64,000 nt of DNA from Selaginella moellendorffii (taxonomy: Eukaryota > Plantae > Lycopodiophyta): the NCBI RefSeq assembly GCF_000143415.4, contig NW_003314352.1, forward strand, positions 550,278-614,277, written 5' to 3'. Within the stretch, counting starts at the first letter, position 1. Each line of letters opens with the position of its first letter. Of the stretch, positions 58,860-64,000 are shown one piece after another. A program made the translations under genes and the position numbers. The notes under the pieces are model-generated. The model did not search any database. It was not told where the DNA came from and saw only the letters and a list, made by a program, of their open reading frames with translations.

Positions 58860-60005
58860 TTGTGAACATCATAAACATGCTCCTCCTATATCCCCTCTAA
58901 ATGGATCAACAATCATTTTCAACATATCACAAAGAATTTTATCCATCATCCACTGGAAAGTCACCAAAGCATTATTCAAACCAAACAACATTATTAAGAC
59001 TTTGTACAAATCAAATAGTGTATGAAAAGTAGTTTTTGCAATATTTTCCTCAACCATCGGCACTTGCCTATACCCAAAAACAACATTTAACTTAGTGATA
59101 AGAGAGGTGCTGTTTCATAGTGTTGTGCTAATCAAAGAACATTGTCAAGGATAGGTAAAACAAGTGTGTGCACAAGTCCTATAAAATCTTGATGAAGTGT
59201 TTGCCACAACTCAATAAACTCTAACATACTTAGTTTTGTATGAAGTAAAAATCTCCAAAAGAAAATCATAAATTGTATAACTAACTCAAATGGCCCTTGA
59301 TAGAGATAATGCAATTGCTAAAAAGCATTATCAATGCATATTTAAGGATGTTCGGGAGAAGGTTCTAATCTGCATGAGTAGCTATGCTCAAATTATTGTA
59401 CTATTGCAACACTATTTGTTGGAGACATGTGGAAAACTTGCACAAACACCAAACATTATCCAAAAGGTGGTAATCACTAAACATTGATTGAACCAATGAT
59501 ATACATCATCCAGGATTCCTATGAAAGAACTCTACAAGGATTGACAATAAGAGTAGAAGGAGTTACACCACATGCCATGAATGGCATTATCAATTGAGTT
59601 TGATAGTTCAATTGCAATTGCATAATATCAAGTAATTACACTAATTATTACCTCAAAGTTAAAGGAGGAAGAGGCTATTGATTTGCCATGAAAATGAATT
59701 AAAAGAAAAAAAATAAGAAATTGAAAAAGTTACAAGATTAAGAAAGATTTAGACAATGCAAAAACTAAATCTAAACCAAAAGCACAAATTCAAGTACTCC
59801 TTAGGGACAATCAGAATTAACTATACTAGTATGAGTATATGAAATATGAAAATGGAATATAGAAATATGTATATTCGATAAACTCAAAAACCCTAGCTTA
59901 TATACAAGAGCAAATGGTCAAAATTGAAACAAATCTGATGGTTATCAAAATCTCATTATATTAATATTAATATACAACATTGTAGCTATATATTTGGATC
60001 TCATA
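58860..60005 (-). mobile_element. Decayed gypsy element: LTR (~60005 to ~59800) plus RT remnant
   Basis: The RT remnant reads KTTFHTLFDLYKVLIMLFGLNNALVTFQWMMD (59063-58869). The reverse complement of 59845-60005 aligns with the LTR at 2708-2860. Confidence 0.75.
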
Positions 60006-61927
60006 AGATGAATAAAACTTTATATTACTAAAACAATTCACAAAAAAGGTTTTATGAACTTTTCACTTATACAAAATATTTTTCAGATAATTGAGTTTAA
60101 AAAAACTTTTAAAAATATTAAATTTGAAATACTGGACTATAACTTTGAAATATAAATTCTAAATAATATAATTATTCATATTATTATGAAAAATAAATTA
60201 TTACTTCTATGATTATTAATTGAAGGAAAAAACACAAATTTAATGAGATTAATTACTAATCTTTATTTATTTTAATTAAAATAAATATAGTAAAAGAAAT
60301 AATGTTATATATGATATCATTTAATACAGTATAATTTATAAAGGCATCTGTTAATCTTGTTAGGAGCAACTTTTAGGCAGGAGTATATTTTTTAATTATT
60401 TTTTAAAAATAAAATTATTTTATAATAAATTTATTTATAAAATGACTGTGGAGTAAATAAAAATATCAAAATTAATATTTATTATTTTAAAATAAAAATA
60501 AAATAATTTACTAATAAATATTTAGAAAAGAATATAAGAAAATTAAATAAATACAAATAACTAACTAATACTATAATAGTCTAAATGAACTTCAAATAAT
60601 AAATAACTTTTAATGATAAAATTAGTGTATTGTTTTACTAAGGATTTTTAATAAAAGAACAAGTTAACTATTATAAAATTATATAGTTAATAAATCCATT
60701 TTTAAAATATTTATAACTAAATATATCTTCTTTTCTCTAAAACTTAAGTCCATATTGTGCAATAAAATATTAATGTTTATATTTTTCTCTCACTTTACAT
60801 TGTGGTTTGATATTATTTCTATAGAATTACTTATAATTAATCTCACTTAAAATTAATACAAATATATAAATTTTCAAAGAAAGAAAGGAGCTTATTTTCC
60901 AAGTGTGGAGTGTTTATCGAGCTCCTTGAGATTGATAACTTGGAAGTTTTTTATTTGGTCTTGGCTGTTGTGGTCGTTAAAGACAATCGATCTATCAATC
61001 ATGCTAGAGTTTGTTTTATATCTATTTTTTAGTTTTTATCGTAGAAAAGATAAATTTGATAAAACTAATGAGATATTTAGTAATTAACTCCTTATTTTCT
61101 ATTGCTTTAAATTTAAATCCTATAGTCTATGCTTAATATCTATGTGTACTATGCACACTCTTTACAAAGTGAGGGGTAATAAAATAAAAATATATTTGTA
61201 ATGAAACTAATGAGATATAAATAGTATATATTTAATTAATGTTATTTTTTCATATCTTAAAAAATTAATATTTAAATGTTTCAGAAGAGGTACGTTTGGA
61301 AAACATTTCTTGTTATTAAGTAAAAAAAAGAATTTATCCATAATAAGAACTGAAAGACAATGAAAATATCTGAATTACTCAATAAATTTGGCACACACTT
61401 TACCATTAATATCATAGTATAAAAAATGATAAAATATTATAATTTTTTTCAATATTTTATTTGATTTTTATTAGATTTTCTTCTTTTTCTTTTGTACTTA
61501 GTAATACAAGTTTTTCATATTGTACTTATCTACGTTATAAAGTCATTTTGCAAAAAAAATTGTATGATGTTATATACTTAATTTTGTAGATTATGCACTT
61601 AATTAAACTTTAGGATATGGATATGACTTTTAAAGAATAGGGAAAACAAAAGAAGTTAACTAGTGAATTTCTTGATATATCTTTAATATTATTTTTAGCT
61701 TTCCTAGGATCAATAAATAAAAAAGAAAAAGAAAAAAGAAAAACATAGTTTGTTGAATATTTTTAATAAAATTTCTCACTAGCTCCACAATCAAGAATTT
61801 GAATGAAAGTATTCCCATCCTTTACATCTTATAATGAAATGTATAATATTGTGCACATACAGTTAATAGTTCACTAAATTTTGGTTTAGAAGTAGGAAAG
61901 AAAATTTGGTTGGTTTATGAGCAAATA

Positions 61928-62467
61928 AGCTGGACACTGCAAAAATCATGATTTACCAAGCTCAGCTCTTGACCTTCCCAGAACCAAGAATCTCTAGAGG
62001 TAGCATGGGAGTGTTTTAAATTTCAAATGGTAATAGGTGAGGCTTTCCCTTAATCACTACAGAGTTAAGAACTGCTGGCTATTGTGAATGATGAGATGTC
62101 CAAGAATAAAAGATGAGTACAAAGGTATCCTTCAAGCTTAAAAGACTGTCTATTCTTTGATCGTGGCGCAAAGTTGAGCCGTTGGAGAATTCTGGTTCTA
62201 TGGCGGATTATTGCCACTCTCTTGTCAACGCGCCAATGCCACCACCACTATCCAACAAACGGTTGCTTCCTGTCCGTCCGCAATCCAGGTACTGATGAAC
62301 CTTGCTTGTGCTCCAAATGTCTTGTCTGCTCTCTGTCATCAGACGAATTGGATGATGCTCGTGAGATGATCCCGTCCTCATCCTGCTTTCCAGGCGCGTC
62401 CGAGTCCCGGAGAAGAGTTCATCACCAAGTGTTGTGTCAACTGTTTGAGGGTTACGCGGCTGATTGT
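61928..62467 (+). pseudogene. Degenerate direct duplicate of 53380-54085
   Basis: AGCTGGACACTGCA...CCAAGCTCAGCTCTTGACCTTCC, GAGATGTCCAAG..TAAAAGATGAGTACA, CAATCCAGGTAC and ATCCCGTCCTCATCCTGCTTTCCAG are shared with the original, with internal deletions. Confidence 0.85.
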
Positions 62468-62471
62468 GGGC

Positions 62472-63163
62472 TGTGACACCATTACGGCTGAGTCACCGAG
62501 AGGCAACGCTTGTGTGTGTGTTCGTTTTTCTGTGGTGTTTTTGGCGCTTCAGCTTTATAGAGTCGTTCTCTCCTAGCGGTGCTCTAGGGGGTAAGACTGT
62601 CAGATTTTCTGAAATCTGAGTGCATTAGCCGTTCAGTATTGGGAAGCAGTGCACTCTCGATGTGAACGAGTGAGTGGTAGTCTAGACTGCTACAAAAGAT
62701 GGAGAGATCAGTTAGTAAAACTCTTACAGTGCGTGTTCTTCACAACTCTGACTCACATAATCTGACGCAGCGGTTCAATTTTACTTAGGCGATGGATCTG
62801 TTGGACGCGCTCCAGTAGTCAACGCTCGCAATTCCACTCCCGTCACCTACACTGAGACTCCAGGGATCCCTACACAGCACTCGATCCGGACCCCAGGGAA
62901 ACCTGGTGGAGGGAGAGTTGTAGCTGAGCACCAATGCTTTGCTGGTAATTTGGCCTTGAATTTGATTGTATTATAACTTAAGGCCATTAAATAAGGAGCA
63001 TCTATTTATACAAGATAAGGTAAGTTCTTACGCTTCAGAAGTGGGATTTGCTTGAGAATTTCATTAAACTTCCACCAAGCCAGCACAAGTTTTGCCAATT
63101 GCCTAGCATTTGCTACGCAAATTTCTATTTAAATTTAATGGTTCAGTTTGAATACTTTTAACA
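62472..63163 (-). mobile_element. Putative solo LTR
   Basis: The segment is bounded by TGT...ACA, abruptly truncates the duplicate at 62467, and has a TATA-like TATAAATAG on the minus strand (~63003-63011). No target-site duplication was found. Confidence 0.4.
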
Positions 63164-63371
63164 TCCAGATTAAAATTTATTACCTAAATTTAATCTGGAA
63201 AGTGTACATTTAATTTAAGTATAAAAGGTATTGCTTCTTTATCCTTTAGACAATTAAATAATCAAGCTAAAAAAACGTGCACGAAATATCCTCTTTAGAT
63301 TTTCTTATTCTCACTATGCACTGACGAAAATAAGAAGTGACAATATCTCCGCTGAACGAGCTTGCGCTTGC

Positions 63372-64000
63372 TTAGAACACGTCCGGGTTGTAGCGATTCG
63401 GGATGGAGCTGTTGTCTTGGGCTCTTCTCAGGTGGACGGTGAGCGCGTAATTGTTAAGCTGTGGACATGACACAAAAGGATTATTCATGCCACGAAAGCA
63501 ATGAGCGATGGTTTGGCTTACCTCTAGAGTCCTCATTTGTTCCTGGTACTGTGTCACGAGTTGCTTCAAATGCTTCACCTCCTTCCCCTTCTCGTCGATC
63601 TCCGCCGAGTAGCGCTCGTGTTGGATGGCCACTGCCCGCTTGAGGATTCCATTGTCTTTCACCATCACTTGCAGCTGCCCCTTGAGCGTTTCATTCTCCT
63701 AGAAACAAATGGAAACAGGCAGCAGTGGCTTAGCGAGCAGCCAGTGAAAGAGAAAAATCCACACCTTTTGGATGGCTTCCACTGCAGCGGCATTTCGAGT
63801 CGTGACGGCCTTCTCGAAAGACTCCAGTGCTCTGGTTGCGCGCACGCGAGCGTCTGTGAGGTCTGTGGCACTGAGCATCTCCCGCACGAAGAGCTCCACC
63901 CATTCCAATCCTTCGCTGCTCGCTGGCTGTTCCTGCTGCTGGTGGGCCGACGCTGCTGGCGCGTGCTGCGAAGCACTGCTCACCGCTGGCCTCTCGTTGG
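63372..64000 (-). CDS. Ubiquitin system component CUE-family protein, 3' part (runs off the window)
   Basis: The spliced product reads EWVELFVREMLSATDLTDARVRATRALESFEK, ENETLK..ILKRAVAIQHER, QYQEQMRTLE|LNNYALTVHL...PDVF*. Confidence 0.88.

Noticed and set aside
60010-61920. Very AT-rich block as a replication origin or ncRNA locus
   Set aside because: No structure or motif could be supported; it is most simply eroded TE or intergenic DNA.

Overview
This is eukaryotic, land-plant nuclear DNA. The very short introns (mostly 50-90 nt), dense gene packing, high GC at third codon positions and PLS-class PPR genes fit a compact lycophyte genome such as Selaginella; that assignment is inference. 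A gene-rich core (about 11.0-54.3 kb) is flanked by AT-rich blocks of decayed Ty3/gypsy retroelements (about 1-8.7 kb and 54.4-62 kb). The core holds a fructosamine kinase, two intact PPR genes, a nucleotide-sugar transporter, a WIYLD-domain protein, a SHOU4-like protein, RING-H2 ligase(s), two tRNA-Val(AAC) genes in a tandem duplication, a NILR1-like LRR-RLK, an intronless STAND/ATPase_2-like NTPase head-to-head with a nuclear intron maturase (nMAT1/2 type), an aldose 1-epimerase, a probable LRR pseudokinase, CSLD, LSM4, a SOUL/HBP5-like gene and several hypothetical genes. The 3' part of a CUE-family gene lies at the right edge. The most notable observations are: (i) the standalone STAND-like ATPase divergently paired with the maturase across only 64 bp; (ii) three divergent gene pairs whose start codons are 41-64 bp apart, each including an organellar RNA-processing gene; (iii) a duplicated RING gene whose exon loss is exactly compensated by a downstream frameshift; (iv) a divergent macrodomain gene whose last exons lie inverted on the opposite strand. 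All family assignments come from motif recognition by eye, not from database searches.
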